Shown here: positions 8,935 through 18,526 of the stretch, piece by piece
Layout of the letters: every line of letters starts with the position of its first letter
Position numbering within the stretch: the first letter of the stretch is position 1
Origin: Bacteroidales bacterium
GTDB taxonomy: Bacteria > Bacteroidota > Bacteroidia > Bacteroidales > WCHB1-69
Assembly: GCA_038210985.1 (NCBI GenBank)
Contig: JBBQWB010000006.1
Span: forward strand, 1-60,770
Reading direction: 5' to 3'
Length of the DNA: 60,770 bases
The notes under the pieces: model-generated
What the model was told of the DNA's origin: nothing
Databases searched by the model: none
What the model saw: only the letters and a program-made list of their open reading frames with translations
Program-made: the position numbers and the translations under genes

Positions 8935-9224
8935 ATTGTTGTCCGATAAAAAAATTGAAATCTTTCATAAAAGATTATATGACAAATGAATAAAAACAGA
9001 GTTCGTTTTTGTGAATTTTAAAAATATGGATTTTCTGCAATTTATTACCCCAACTAGTTCGACATTTAGACTTCGCTTACTTCGACTTCGCTCAGTACAT
9101 CGCAATGCAATCGCCTTAAGGGTGTAAATTACTGAAAATCAATTCCTCCTTTAGAATTGAGGCAAAAATTGATTGAAGTAATTTACACTCAAAGCAAAAT
9201 TTATTATTTAAATCGGACAATAAT
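8935..9224. mobile_element. MITE-like element of about 290 bp
   Basis: terminal inverted repeats attgttgtccgat / atcggacaataat (12/13); long internal hairpin 9120..9190; no ORF. Confidence 0.5.
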
Positions 9225-9237
9225 ATTTAATTATAGT

Positions 9238-9245
9238 TATTTTTG
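9238..9245 (+). promoter_or_regulatory. -7 promoter element for tRNA-Val
   Basis: TATTTTTG followed by CA, 12 nt before the tRNA. Confidence 0.65.
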
Positions 9246-9257
9246 CATCCTCAAAAA

Positions 9258-9332
9258 GCGTTGTTAACTCAGTTGGTTTAGAGTGCCACCTTGACAGGGT
9301 GGAAGTCACTGGTTCGAGTCCAGTACGGCGCA
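9258..9332 (+). tRNA. tRNA-Val(GAC)
   Basis: acceptor gcgttgt/acggcgc, D stem actc/gagt, anticodon stem ccacc/ggtgg with loop ttGACag, T arm actgg-ttcgagt-ccagt; CCA not encoded. Confidence 0.95.
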
Positions 9333-9333
9333 C

Positions 9334-9377
9334 AAAAAGAAAAAGCCTTTCAATAAATTGAAGGGCTTTTTCTTTTT
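9334..9377. terminator. bidirectional terminator between tRNA and TonB receptor gene
   Basis: aaaaagaaaaagcctttcaat / attgaagggctttttcttttt. Confidence 0.85.
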
Positions 9378-9400
9378 ACAGACATCTTTATTCTCAAATT

Positions 9401-11929
9401 CTACATATCATCGCCGTTATCCTCGCCACTACCTTTTTCACGTTTTGCTTTATAGTCGTTGATTTTGAATGAAAGTCCAACCCAAAACACTCTGCTTTCG
9501 CGTTGACGATTTGTAATAGAATATATTCCAACGGCATTGGTTTCCGATTCCATTTTCCACCATCCAAACATATCCGATGCACGTAAACGAAGTTGTAAAT
9601 TATCCTTCCACAAATTGATTTTTCCGCCAAAATCCATGCTGTAGGTCTCTTGCATAATTCCTTGTCCAACTCCAGCTCTGCCAAAACCCGATGAACCGAT
9701 AGTAACTGATGGTGCACGATAATTAAAAATCACCTGAAAATCTGCTTTTTCCCCCACATTAAAAATGGACATTATACGTGTGTTCCAAGTAAAATCTTCT
9801 TGTAAATTTGGATCTGTAATTAACACCGAATTATAAATATTGTTATAAAACCCACCTGTAAGACTAAGTTTCCACCATTTTGCCAAGGTTTGACTTACCA
9901 CTAATTCTGCTCCATAAGATGTGCTTTTGTCAATATTCTGATAGGAAGTCATAGTTGTAGAATCGTTTATTAATGTGGTTATAGGAGTTATAATATCCGT
10001 TCGTTTGCGATAAAAAACTATAGTACTAATTGAAGTTCCTTTGCCAAAAAATATATAATGACTTAATTCTAATGAATTTACGAATTCAGGATTAAGTTCA
10101 GGATTTCCTTGAGATAGATTTAAACGATCGGAATAATCAATAAATGGATTTAACACTCGAGTGCGAGGGCGACTAACTCTTCTGCTGTAACTTAGTTGAA
10201 AAGCATTTTTATCAGTAAATTCATACCGAATGTGAGCAGTAGGAAAAAGATTTAAGTAGTGGTTTTTATATATTTCATTAGTCGATTTCAAATTTGACGT
10301 TACATCTGCATTTTCAACACGCAATCCTGCCTGATATTTTAGCTTCTTAAAAATTGCATTTGAATATATTGCATAAGCAGAATGAAGATAATCGGAATAT
10401 AAAAAATGATTCAGTTGATTCGAGTCAATAACTGCTGTCCATTCGTCCGTTCCCAAAAACATTTTATAATCATTATCAATTTGACGATTGGCAAATTTAT
10501 AACCAGTTTCTAATCTTCCTCCATTACCAATTGGTGTTACAAAATCAACTTGAGCATTAATTGTTCTTCGAACCTCATCTTTAACAGTACTTTGGAAAAA
10601 TGTTTGGTATATTGGCAAGGTATAAACTTGGTCAATATCTCCACCGTCGTTATTTGCATCATTTGAAAAAAACAGATCAATCGTAAGTTCTTTTCCTTTT
10701 TTGTCAAAAGTTCTTTTCATTCCACCTGCAAATTCATATTCCATCGACTCATCATAAGTAAGTGATTTTTGATCATATTTTCGATTTGGAATATTGAAAT
10801 TATCACTAATTACACTGTTTAATGTAAACCCTCTATCCCCCTTTTCAGTACCAACTAAGGCATTAAAAAAAAGGGTTGTATATTTACTTAAAAAATAATC
10901 AGCACCTAATTTAAAATTTTGACTTGAATGATAAAATTTTCCTCGGGTTAGCTGATCTAATTGAGAAATAATGGTGTCATTTCCTCTTTCAAAAGATGTT
11001 TTTCGATAAAGCCCACCTTTATATCTACTTGTAAAGGTTCTATTGTCATAACTAAAGGTAATATTTATTTTATCATAGCGATAGTTTAAGTTTAAAGTTA
11101 CGTTCGATTTGTCGGCGTTTAACTTATTTTCAAATTCTCCGATGCCCAAATTTGCGGTAAGCATCCCATTAAAGCCATGCTGTTTTTGTTTTTTCATTAC
11201 AATATTAATAATTCCCGAAATACCATCGGGATCGTAACGAGCTGATGGATTTGTAATAACTTCAATGCTTTCAATCATTTCGGCAGGAATTTGTTCCAAA
11301 GTTAAATTTGATGGTCGTCCATCAATTAAAATTGTAATACTTCCACTACCTCTAATACTTACATTTCCATCAATATCCACTTGAACTGCTGGTATTGTTT
11401 GCATTACATCCACTGCCGAACCACCTAAACTCGTCAAATCTTGCGAAACATTAAAAACTTTCTTGTCTAAATTTGTTTGAATCATCTCCTTATTGGCAGT
11501 AATTTCTACACCTTCGAGCATTTTTGCCGATGGTTTAATCTTTATTTTACCAATTGGCATAACTGGCTTGGCTTTTTCTAATTCTTTATTACTAATCCAA
11601 ACTGACTGATAGCCAATGTAGTCAACACGAATTAAAAATTTTCCATAACGGATGTTACTAATGGTAATTCGCCCATTTTCATTGGTTATTCCTCCACCTA
11701 ATATGGACGAATCTTTGGGATTTAAAATTGCAACGGTTGCATACTCTAAAGGATTTCCAGTTTGGTCGTCAACCACCATTCCTACAATAACACCTGTTGT
11801 ATCGGTAATCATTTTTTTAATATCATCCGACATTCCTTGCCCACCACCACCACCACCACCAGGATGAGTTTGTGAAAAAAGGGAAGTTAAAATTGTAATT
11901 AAAAATATAGATAAGCTGATTTTTTTCAT
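9401..11929 (-). CDS. TonB-dependent receptor (carboxypeptidase-regulatory-like N-domain, plug, beta-barrel)
   Basis: signal peptide; VVDDQTGNPLEYATV; plug IESIEVITNPSARYDPDG..GIINI; GNPELNPE barrel motif. Confidence 0.9.
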   Translation of the reverse strand: MKKISLSIFLITILTSLFSQTHPGGGGGGGQGMSDDIKKMITDTTGVIVGMVVDDQTGNPLEYATVAILNPKDSSILGGGITNENGRITISNIRYGKFLIRVDYIGYQSVWISNKELEKAKPVMPIGKIKIKPSAKMLEGVEITANKEMIQTNLDKKVFNVSQDLTSLGGSAVDVMQTIPAVQVDIDGNVSIRGSGSITILIDGRPSNLTLEQIPAEMIESIEVITNPSARYDPDGISGIINIVMKKQKQHGFNGMLTANLGIGEFENKLNADKSNVTLNLNYRYDKINITFSYDNRTFTSRYKGGLYRKTSFERGNDTIISQLDQLTRGKFYHSSQNFKLGADYFLSKYTTLFFNALVGTEKGDRGFTLNSVISDNFNIPNRKYDQKSLTYDESMEYEFAGGMKRTFDKKGKELTIDLFFSNDANNDGGDIDQVYTLPIYQTFFQSTVKDEVRRTINAQVDFVTPIGNGGRLETGYKFANRQIDNDYKMFLGTDEWTAVIDSNQLNHFLYSDYLHSAYAIYSNAIFKKLKYQAGLRVENADVTSNLKSTNEIYKNHYLNLFPTAHIRYEFTDKNAFQLSYSRRVSRPRTRVLNPFIDYSDRLNLSQGNPELNPEFVNSLELSHYIFFGKGTSISTIVFYRKRTDIITPITTLINDSTTMTSYQNIDKSTSYGAELVVSQTLAKWWKLSLTGGFYNNIYNSVLITDPNLQEDFTWNTRIMSIFNVGEKADFQVIFNYRAPSVTIGSSGFGRAGVGQGIMQETYSMDFGGKINLWKDNLQLRLRASDMFGWWKMESETNAVGIYSITNRQRESRVFWVGLSFKINDYKAKREKGSGEDNGDDM

Positions 11930-12077
11930 ATTTTATTTTTAAACAAGTTAATCAGACAATTAAAAATATTAAAACTTGCAGTAATATTTATAATAGCTGT
12001 CTTCTCTGACTATATTGTATTAAAAAAGTTTAATCCTTTTGGAATAATTATGATTTATTGTTTTTAGTATAGTTTAG

Positions 12078-13394
12078 TTATTTAAACAATCTAAAAATAT
12101 CGTTTCCAACGGCAAATGCCATTAATGATAACAATATTACCATACCTACCATTTGAGCATTTTCCATAAATTTATCCGAAAACTTCCTTCCAGTAAGCAC
12201 TTCAATTAATAAAAAAATCACGTGTCCACCGTCTAAAGCAGGAATTGGTAAAATATTCATAAAAGCTAAAATCAGAGATAATAATCCAGTAATAAACCAA
12301 AATTTACCCCAATTCCAAACTCCACCATAAATTTTTGCAATTCCAATTGGACCTTGTAACGAATCGGTAGCTTTTTCTTTTCCTTTAAATATTTTGCCTA
12401 TTCCTACAACATTCATTTTAAGCATCGACAATGCGTCTTTCCAACCGTAATAAACTGCCTGTCCAAAAGTATATTTTTCGGTTGGCAAATTGGGAATAAC
12501 CCTCGCAACACCTATTCCAACGCTATCCACTGTAAGATTTACAGATAAAGTATCTACTGAATTTCGAATATACGTAATGCAAATTTCTTTATTTCGATGT
12601 TTTTCAATTACAGACATAAATTTAGGCCATTTTTGCACCTCAATGGTATCGTTAACTGCGATTATTCTGTCACCTTTTTTAAATCCAGCTTTTTCTGCAG
12701 GTCTTTCAGGCACAATGCTATCCAAAATAAAAGCTGGAAAATTTGGTTCAAACAAAGCTTTGTTTTCAGCAATTTTAAAAGCTTCATAATCTTCATCGCC
12801 TAAAACAATCGTTTCGTTTTTGCCGTTTCGTTCAACCATGATTTCTGAACCAAAAAACAGCGACAAGGAAGTAGCATCCTTAAAACGAACTACATCATTA
12901 CCATTAATTTGCAATATTTTATCCCCTTGTTTAAAACCTGCACGTTCGCCAATTTCATAAGGGTAAATTCCGTTTGTTAATGCCGAATTTGGAACAAATT
13001 CTTTTTCATAAACCAAAATAATCATGGTAAAAAGAATAACTCCTAAAATAAGATTTACAGTAACTCCAGCTAACATCACAATTAAACGTTGCCATGCTGG
13101 TTTTGAACGAAATTCCCAAGGTTGAGCCGGCAATTTCATTGCTTCTTTATCCATCGATTCATCCACCATACCTGCTATTTTAACATAGCCTCCAAGTGGC
13201 AACCAACCTATACCATATTCAGTGCCTTTGTATGTAAACTTGAATAATTTAAAACCCCAAGCATCGAAAAAAAGATAAAATTTTTCAACCTTTATCCCAA
13301 ATGCTTTGGCGGCAATAAAATGTCCTAATTCGTGCAATAACACTAAAATCGATAAGCCCAATATAAGTTGAGCAGCCATAATTAATCCTGTCAT
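12078..13394 (-). CDS. rseP: RIP metalloprotease RseP
   Basis: HELGH, PLGGYVKI, PDZ domains, NILPIPALDGG; follows dxr. Confidence 0.95.
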   Translation of the reverse strand: MTGLIMAAQLILGLSILVLLHELGHFIAAKAFGIKVEKFYLFFDAWGFKLFKFTYKGTEYGIGWLPLGGYVKIAGMVDESMDKEAMKLPAQPWEFRSKPAWQRLIVMLAGVTVNLILGVILFTMIILVYEKEFVPNSALTNGIYPYEIGERAGFKQGDKILQINGNDVVRFKDATSLSLFFGSEIMVERNGKNETIVLGDEDYEAFKIAENKALFEPNFPAFILDSIVPERPAEKAGFKKGDRIIAVNDTIEVQKWPKFMSVIEKHRNKEICITYIRNSVDTLSVNLTVDSVGIGVARVIPNLPTEKYTFGQAVYYGWKDALSMLKMNVVGIGKIFKGKEKATDSLQGPIGIAKIYGGVWNWGKFWFITGLLSLILAFMNILPIPALDGGHVIFLLIEVLTGRKFSDKFMENAQMVGMVILLSLMAFAVGNDIFRLFK

Positions 13395-14548
13395 ATTTTT
13401 TTATTTAATTTTTCTTTTGCTTTAATTCTAATTTCCTGATCTACCTTAAAATAATCATCTAAACTCGGTTTTTGGATATTAACAAAACCTTCCATACATT
13501 GTTCTATTATGTTGGGTATATCCATAAATTTAATTTTTTCATTCAAAAACGCTTCCACTGCAATTTCATTTGCCGCATTCATCACACAAGGAATAACTCC
13601 TCCTTCGTGTATTGCTTCGTATGCAATTTTTAAATTCCTAAACTTGTCAAAATCAGGTTTTTCAAAATTCAAACTTGCATATTTACAGAAATCTAATCGC
13701 TTTTCATCCAAATTAAAACGTTCGGGATAACTCATCGCATACATTATTGGCAACTTCATATCTGGAATTCCCAACTGAGCTTTTATTGAACCATCCACAA
13801 ATTGAACCATGGAATGAACCACCGATTCGGGATGTATCAAAACTTCAATTTTATCGAGAGGAGTACCAAACAACCAATGGGCTTCTATTACTTCTAAGCC
13901 TTTATTCATCATGCTTGCCGAATCGATTGTAACCTTTGCTCCCATCAACCAATTTGGATGATTAAGTGCTTGTTTTAAAGTTACATTTTCCATCTCTTTC
14001 AACGATAATTTACGAAATGGACCTCCAGATGCAGTTAATATTAGCTTTTCGATGGTACTAAACGACTCCCCAACCAAACATTGAAAAATTGCAGAATGTT
14101 CCGAATCGACGGGATAAATGGAAGATTTAGTTTGATTTATCAAATTCATAATCAACTCGCCACCAACCACCAAAACCTCTTTATTTGCCAAAGCTATTCG
14201 TTTGTTCGAAAGAATCGCATTATATGTGGGTTTTAAACCGCTATATCCAACCAAAGCCATAACTACAATATCAATGGTTGACATGGTAACAATATCCGCT
14301 AAAGAAGTTTCGCCGCAAAATACTTTAATATCGCTGGATGCTAGAGCTTCTTTTACTTCAGAATACTTCATTTCATCCACAATAACCACAGCATTAGGCT
14401 GATATTTTAAAGATTGTTGAATTAATAAATCCGAATTTTTATTAGCAGTTAACACCTCCACTTGAAATTTATCTGGATGTTGATTGATTACCTCTAATGT
14501 TTGTATTCCAATCGAACCTGTGGAACCTAAAATTGCAATTCTTTTCAA
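13391..14548 (-). CDS. dxr: 1-deoxy-D-xylulose 5-phosphate reductoisomerase
   Basis: LGSTGSIG, LANKE, PVDSEHSA, HPNW.MG.KVTIDSA; TTG start. Confidence 0.97.
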   Translation of the reverse strand: MKRIAILGSTGSIGIQTLEVINQHPDKFQVEVLTANKNSDLLIQQSLKYQPNAVVIVDEMKYSEVKEALASSDIKVFCGETSLADIVTMSTIDIVVMALVGYSGLKPTYNAILSNKRIALANKEVLVVGGELIMNLINQTKSSIYPVDSEHSAIFQCLVGESFSTIEKLILTASGGPFRKLSLKEMENVTLKQALNHPNWLMGAKVTIDSASMMNKGLEVIEAHWLFGTPLDKIEVLIHPESVVHSMVQFVDGSIKAQLGIPDMKLPIMYAMSYPERFNLDEKRLDFCKYASLNFEKPDFDKFRNLKIAYEAIHEGGVIPCVMNAANEIAVEAFLNEKIKFMDIPNIIEQCMEGFVNIQKPSLDDYFKVDQEIRIKAKEKLNKKI

Positions 14549-14670
14549 TGTAGTATTCTGTTAGTTTTTAATATACCAAAGCGTTCCCCAAAACAAATCG
14601 CATTATTTTCATGTGTATTATTTTGTTTTTCAAAATACTGCATTATAATCTTTATGGATATTTCGTTCAT
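14545..14670 (-). CDS. possible 41-aa small ORF (MNEISIKIIMQYFEKQNNTHENNAICFGERFGILKTNRILH)
   Basis: ATG 10 nt after the M23 stop; its TGA overlaps the dxr TTG start (TTGA). Confidence 0.3.
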   Translation of the reverse strand: MNEISIKIIMQYFEKQNNTHENNAICFGERFGILKTNRILH

Positions 14671-14680
14671 TTTCTGAATT

Positions 14681-15634
14681 CTATTTTAATGGGTACTTTT
14701 TAAATGAAATAACCTCTCGCGAATCAATAGGAGTGCCATTAAACCATAATTCGAAATGCAAATGAGTGCCGCTTGATAAAGTACCAGTGTTGCCAACAAT
14801 TGCAATTGCTTCGCCTCCATCCACATGATCGCCTTGCTTTTTTAACAATGCCGAATTGTGTTTGTAAACAGATATTAGGTTATTTGCATGTTGTATAGCA
14901 ATCACATTGCCTGTTTTTAATGCCCATTCCGAAATTACTACATATCCTTCTTGAACCGCTTTAACTGGCTGATTAGGAGCCGAAACTATGTCAATCCCAT
15001 AATGCTTTATCGCTGGATTATATACGTTTGTAACATACCCACTTAAAGGTGTGTAAAAAAACATATTTTTAAAGGACACTTTCGTTTCTGCTACTGGAAC
15101 TGAAACATCACTCTCACTTTGCTTTTGATTAATCGTTTTACCAAAATATTTTATCTGTCCTTCCACTTCTTTTCTAAAAATAGAATCTTGTGCCGACGGA
15201 TTTAGCGAACTTGGATCAACATCTACTTTTGAATCTGCGGTATTATTGGCATTTGTATAGTTAGTCTCATTATCCATTACCTCATCGTTTAATATCTTTC
15301 GAATATTTGCTAAATAAATCTCTTTTTGGTTAGCATCTTTGGCTAAGGAATCGGCTCTAAGTTTTAAGGTATAAACATCCCTTTTTAAATTAACCGATGC
15401 ATAGCCTGGAATGTATTCGCGAAGCGGTGTGTATGCAATAATTACAGTAGTAAAAATAATTAAAACAAGTGAAAGTGTAGTTACAAGGACGAAAACATTA
15501 ATTTTTGAAAGAGTGAACGAAAGTTTTTCCTCCAAAGTTTCCTCGTTCATTATTACTAAACGATACTTATTTTGCAATCTTGCAATAAAAACTTTCCAAT
15601 CAATGTTCTTGATTTTTTTAAATATCAATTTCAC
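14681..15634 (-). CDS. M23 family metallopeptidase with N-terminal TM segment and coiled coil
   Basis: HYGID, YKHN, HLHFELW; usual neighbour of dxr in Bacteroidota. Confidence 0.9.
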   Translation of the reverse strand: MKLIFKKIKNIDWKVFIARLQNKYRLVIMNEETLEEKLSFTLSKINVFVLVTTLSLVLIIFTTVIIAYTPLREYIPGYASVNLKRDVYTLKLRADSLAKDANQKEIYLANIRKILNDEVMDNETNYTNANNTADSKVDVDPSSLNPSAQDSIFRKEVEGQIKYFGKTINQKQSESDVSVPVAETKVSFKNMFFYTPLSGYVTNVYNPAIKHYGIDIVSAPNQPVKAVQEGYVVISEWALKTGNVIAIQHANNLISVYKHNSALLKKQGDHVDGGEAIAIVGNTGTLSSGTHLHFELWFNGTPIDSREVISFKKYPLK

Positions 15635-15684
15635 AATATGTTCTTAGTTTTAACTACTTATTATTATAAGTAAACAATAAGAGG

Positions 15685-15692
15685 CAAAATTA
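15685..15692 (-). promoter_or_regulatory. -7 promoter element for M23-dxr-rseP
   Basis: TAATTTTG followed by CC on minus strand, 50 nt upstream of the start. Confidence 0.55.
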
Positions 15693-15887
15693 AGAAAAAG
15701 TGTTCACCTAGTTAAGAAATGAAAAAATAAAAAAGTTAAGAAGCATTAAAAAATATCGATTAAAATTAAGTAGCAGTCTATTCATTCCTTTGTTTATCTG
15801 CACTTTACATCATAAAATTGGTATCATTTTAAAATTTACACTTTAAACTTTCATTTTAATAAATTGTTTAGCCTTTAAAATCAATAA

Positions 15888-16832
15888 ATGAACCTACAAA
15901 AAACATATAAAACAATTGGTATAGCAATACTTTTAATTACTTCACTCACATCTTGTTCATCCCAATCAAACACAAACATGAAACCATTAAAACAACTAAC
16001 CGCATCGGAAGAGAATGTCATAATTCATAAAGGAACCGAACGACCATTTTCGGGAAAATACTTATACACAACCGAAGAAGGTGTTTATTTATGTAAAAAC
16101 TGCGACGCTCCTTTATATAAATCGCAGGATAAATTTGAATCGAGTTGTGGCTGGCCTTCATTTGACGATGAAATACCAGGAGCAATTAAAAAAATACTGG
16201 ATGCTGATGGACGAAGAACAGAAATTGTATGCAATAATTGCGGGGCTCATTTAGGACATGTTTTTGAAGGAGAAGGATATACCGATAATAATGTTAGACA
16301 TTGTGTAAACTCGATTTCTTTAAACTTTGAACCAAAAAAAATTGAGCCGAAAATAGATACTGCTATTTTTGCTGGCGGCTGTTTTTGGGGCGTTGAGTAT
16401 TATTTTCAAAAAGCAGATGGAGTTATTTCAACCGAAGTTGGATATATTGGGGGCAAAACCAATAATCCAAGTTACCAAGAAGTTTGTTATCAAAACACTG
16501 GACATGCGGAAGCTATTCGAGTGGTCTTTGACAGCCATAAAATATCCTTTGAAACACTCACAAAGCTGTTTTTTGAAATTCATGATTTTACTCAAGTTAA
16601 CAGGCAAGGACCCGATGTTGGGGGACAATACCGAAGTGAAATATTTTATTTAAACGACTTGCAAAAAGCAATTGCGGAAGAAATTATTCAGATTTTAACG
16701 CTTAAAGGATATAAAGTTGCCACAAAATTGAGCCCTGCAAAAACATTTTGGGAAGCAGAAAAATATCATCAAGAATATTACGACAAGAAAGGCGGAACTC
16801 CTTACTGCCACTCAAGAAAAAATATTTTTTAA
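15888..16832 (+). CDS. msrAB: bifunctional methionine sulfoxide reductase, MsrB-MsrA fusion, with lipoprotein signal
   Basis: MsrB: GTERPF, CxxC, GWPSF, HLGHVF, RHCVNS; MsrA: GCFWG, GHAE, AEKYHQEY; lipobox LTSC. Confidence 0.93.
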   Translation: MNLQKTYKTIGIAILLITSLTSCSSQSNTNMKPLKQLTASEENVIIHKGTERPFSGKYLYTTEEGVYLCKNCDAPLYKSQDKFESSCGWPSFDDEIPGAIKKILDADGRRTEIVCNNCGAHLGHVFEGEGYTDNNVRHCVNSISLNFEPKKIEPKIDTAIFAGGCFWGVEYYFQKADGVISTEVGYIGGKTNNPSYQEVCYQNTGHAEAIRVVFDSHKISFETLTKLFFEIHDFTQVNRQGPDVGGQYRSEIFYLNDLQKAIAEEIIQILTLKGYKVATKLSPAKTFWEAEKYHQEYYDKKGGTPYCHSRKNIF

Positions 16833-16862
16833 AGATTCTTCAGAAACATTTAATTCAAATTT

Positions 16863-16957
16863 AAGCTGCACTTTCAGTGCGAAATTATTCCTTTCCAATT
16901 TTAGCCCAAAGCGATGCTATAGGCTAAAATAAATTCAGGTTTTCAGCCTGATAATTA
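16863..16957. repeat. REP-like palindrome cluster
   Basis: short hairpins gcac-tttca-gtgc, ttttagcc...ggctaaaa and cagg-ttttcag-cctg; the last recurs near 17100 and 17358. Confidence 0.55.
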
Positions 16958-17019
16958 GTGTCTGCAAGAAAACGCCAACTTCTTTCCGCCAAAACTCGGA
17001 CAAGCTGTTATACTTGCAA

Positions 17020-17405
17020 CGAATTTATGGATTAGATTAGGAGTTGTTTGAATAGACATCCATAAAATAAATTAACGGGACTTCTAAAAACTCATTTAAA
17101 GGCTCTCAGCCTGATAATTAAAAGATTTGAAATACACCAAAACAACAGAGATATCCAAAATTCAATGTTGAAAATTCAAATAATTCAAGGTATTGTTCCT
17201 TTATACTCAATTCGCTCAGATTTGTAATCCTAGCAATCCTTTGTTTGTTCGGATTGCAAATCCGAACAAGCTCTCAGACTTGTCATCATTATGCCAAATA
17301 AGCGAATTTATGGATAAGATTAGGGAGTTTTCTGAACAAATATCAATAAAACAAATCCAGGTTTTCAGCCTGATAATTACAGATTTAAAATACACCAAAA
17401 CAACA
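17020..17405 (+). repeat. degenerate direct repeat, units 17020..17147 and 17303..17405
   Basis: both start cgaatttatggatWagattagg and end tcagcctgataatta...agattt.aaatacaccaaaacaaca. Confidence 0.75.
17214..17271. repeat. REP-like doublet (GATTTGTAATC / CGGATTGCAAATCCG)
   Basis: ttgttcggattgcaaatccgaacaa hairpin preceded by the inverted variant gctcagatttgtaatcctagc. Confidence 0.6.
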
Positions 17406-17479
17406 ATTTAAACTACTTTTCCGAGTGCTTACAGGAAAACTCAAAAATTAAATTTACTAATCAAACAAAATTTTAATGT

Positions 17480-17487
17480 TAACTTTG
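17480..17487 (+). promoter_or_regulatory. -7 promoter element for apbE
   Basis: TAACTTTG followed by CA, 13 nt before ATG. Confidence 0.65.
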
Positions 17488-17500
17488 CAAAAAAAAGACA

Positions 17501-18511
17501 ATGAAACGTTTACTATTTATCAGTGCACTACTTTTAACTTTATATTCATGCAACAGAAAAGCTGATTTAAAACCAATAAAATTTGAGGGAGAAGCCCAAG
17601 GTACATATTACAGCATCGCTTATTTCGATACTGAAAACAGAAATTTACAAAAAGAAGTAGATTCTATTTTAAATGCATTTGACTTAGTGGCTTCGGTTTA
17701 TGTTGAAAACTCAATGGTATCAAAAATAAACAGAAACGAAGATGTTGAAGTGAACGAAATGTTTATCGAACTTTTTAATTTATCCGAAGAAATTAGCAAA
17801 TCGACAAATGGTGCATTTGATGTAACCATTGGTCCAATAATTAACGCATGGGGATTTGGCTCCACCAAGCAAGATTCAATATCCGAAGAAAAATTAAATT
17901 ATTTAAAAACCATTTGCGGTTTTGAAAAAATAAAAATTGTAAACAAAAGAGTGGTTAAAGATAATCCCGAAATGATTTTAAATTACAATGCGATAGCTCA
18001 AGGATTTTCGGTAGATATTCTTGGTAGATATTTCGACAGCAAAGGAATAGAAAACTATTTGATCGATGTTGGCGGCGAAATAATAGCAAAAGGGACAAAA
18101 CCGAACAAAGAACTTTGGAAAGTAGGCATTGAAAAACCAGCTGAAAATCAATACGACGAGCGGAAGTTATTTTCGACCATTGAAATATCCGATAGAGCAA
18201 TTACCACCTCTGGAAATTATCGCAAATTTTACATCAAGGATGGGGTTAAAATTTCGCACACAATCGACCCAGAAACAGCACATCCAGTAACTCATAATTT
18301 ATTAAGTGCTACAGTATTAGCAAAAACAGCAGGAATTGCCGATGCTTATGCAACTGCTTTTATGGTAATGGGTAAAGACAAAGCTATTGAGTTTATAAAA
18401 ATGCATCCAGAGAAAAAATTAAGTGCCTATTTCATTTTTTCGGATGAAACAGGCACTTTAAAAAGTTTTGCTACGGATGATTTAGCAAAAATTGTTGTGG
18501 AAAATAACTAA
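17501..18511 (+). CDS. apbE: FAD:protein FMN transferase ApbE (lipoprotein)
   Basis: lipobox LYSC, GAFDVTIGP, NAIAQG, TTSGNYR, SHTIDP, ADAYATA. Confidence 0.95.
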   Translation: MKRLLFISALLLTLYSCNRKADLKPIKFEGEAQGTYYSIAYFDTENRNLQKEVDSILNAFDLVASVYVENSMVSKINRNEDVEVNEMFIELFNLSEEISKSTNGAFDVTIGPIINAWGFGSTKQDSISEEKLNYLKTICGFEKIKIVNKRVVKDNPEMILNYNAIAQGFSVDILGRYFDSKGIENYLIDVGGEIIAKGTKPNKELWKVGIEKPAENQYDERKLFSTIEISDRAITTSGNYRKFYIKDGVKISHTIDPETAHPVTHNLLSATVLAKTAGIADAYATAFMVMGKDKAIEFIKMHPEKKLSAYFIFSDETGTLKSFATDDLAKIVVENN

Positions 18512-18526
18512 ACTATAAAAAACATA

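Noticed and set aside
9258-9332. tRNA-Val as the integration site of a genomic island
   Set aside because: No integrase nearby and I found no duplicate of the tRNA 3' end in the window
16936-17405. CRISPR array, or real proteins for ORFs 17193..17411 and 17216..17398
   Set aside because: Spacing is irregular and sequence beyond the repeats is also duplicated; the ORFs run through palindromes and show no recognisable motif
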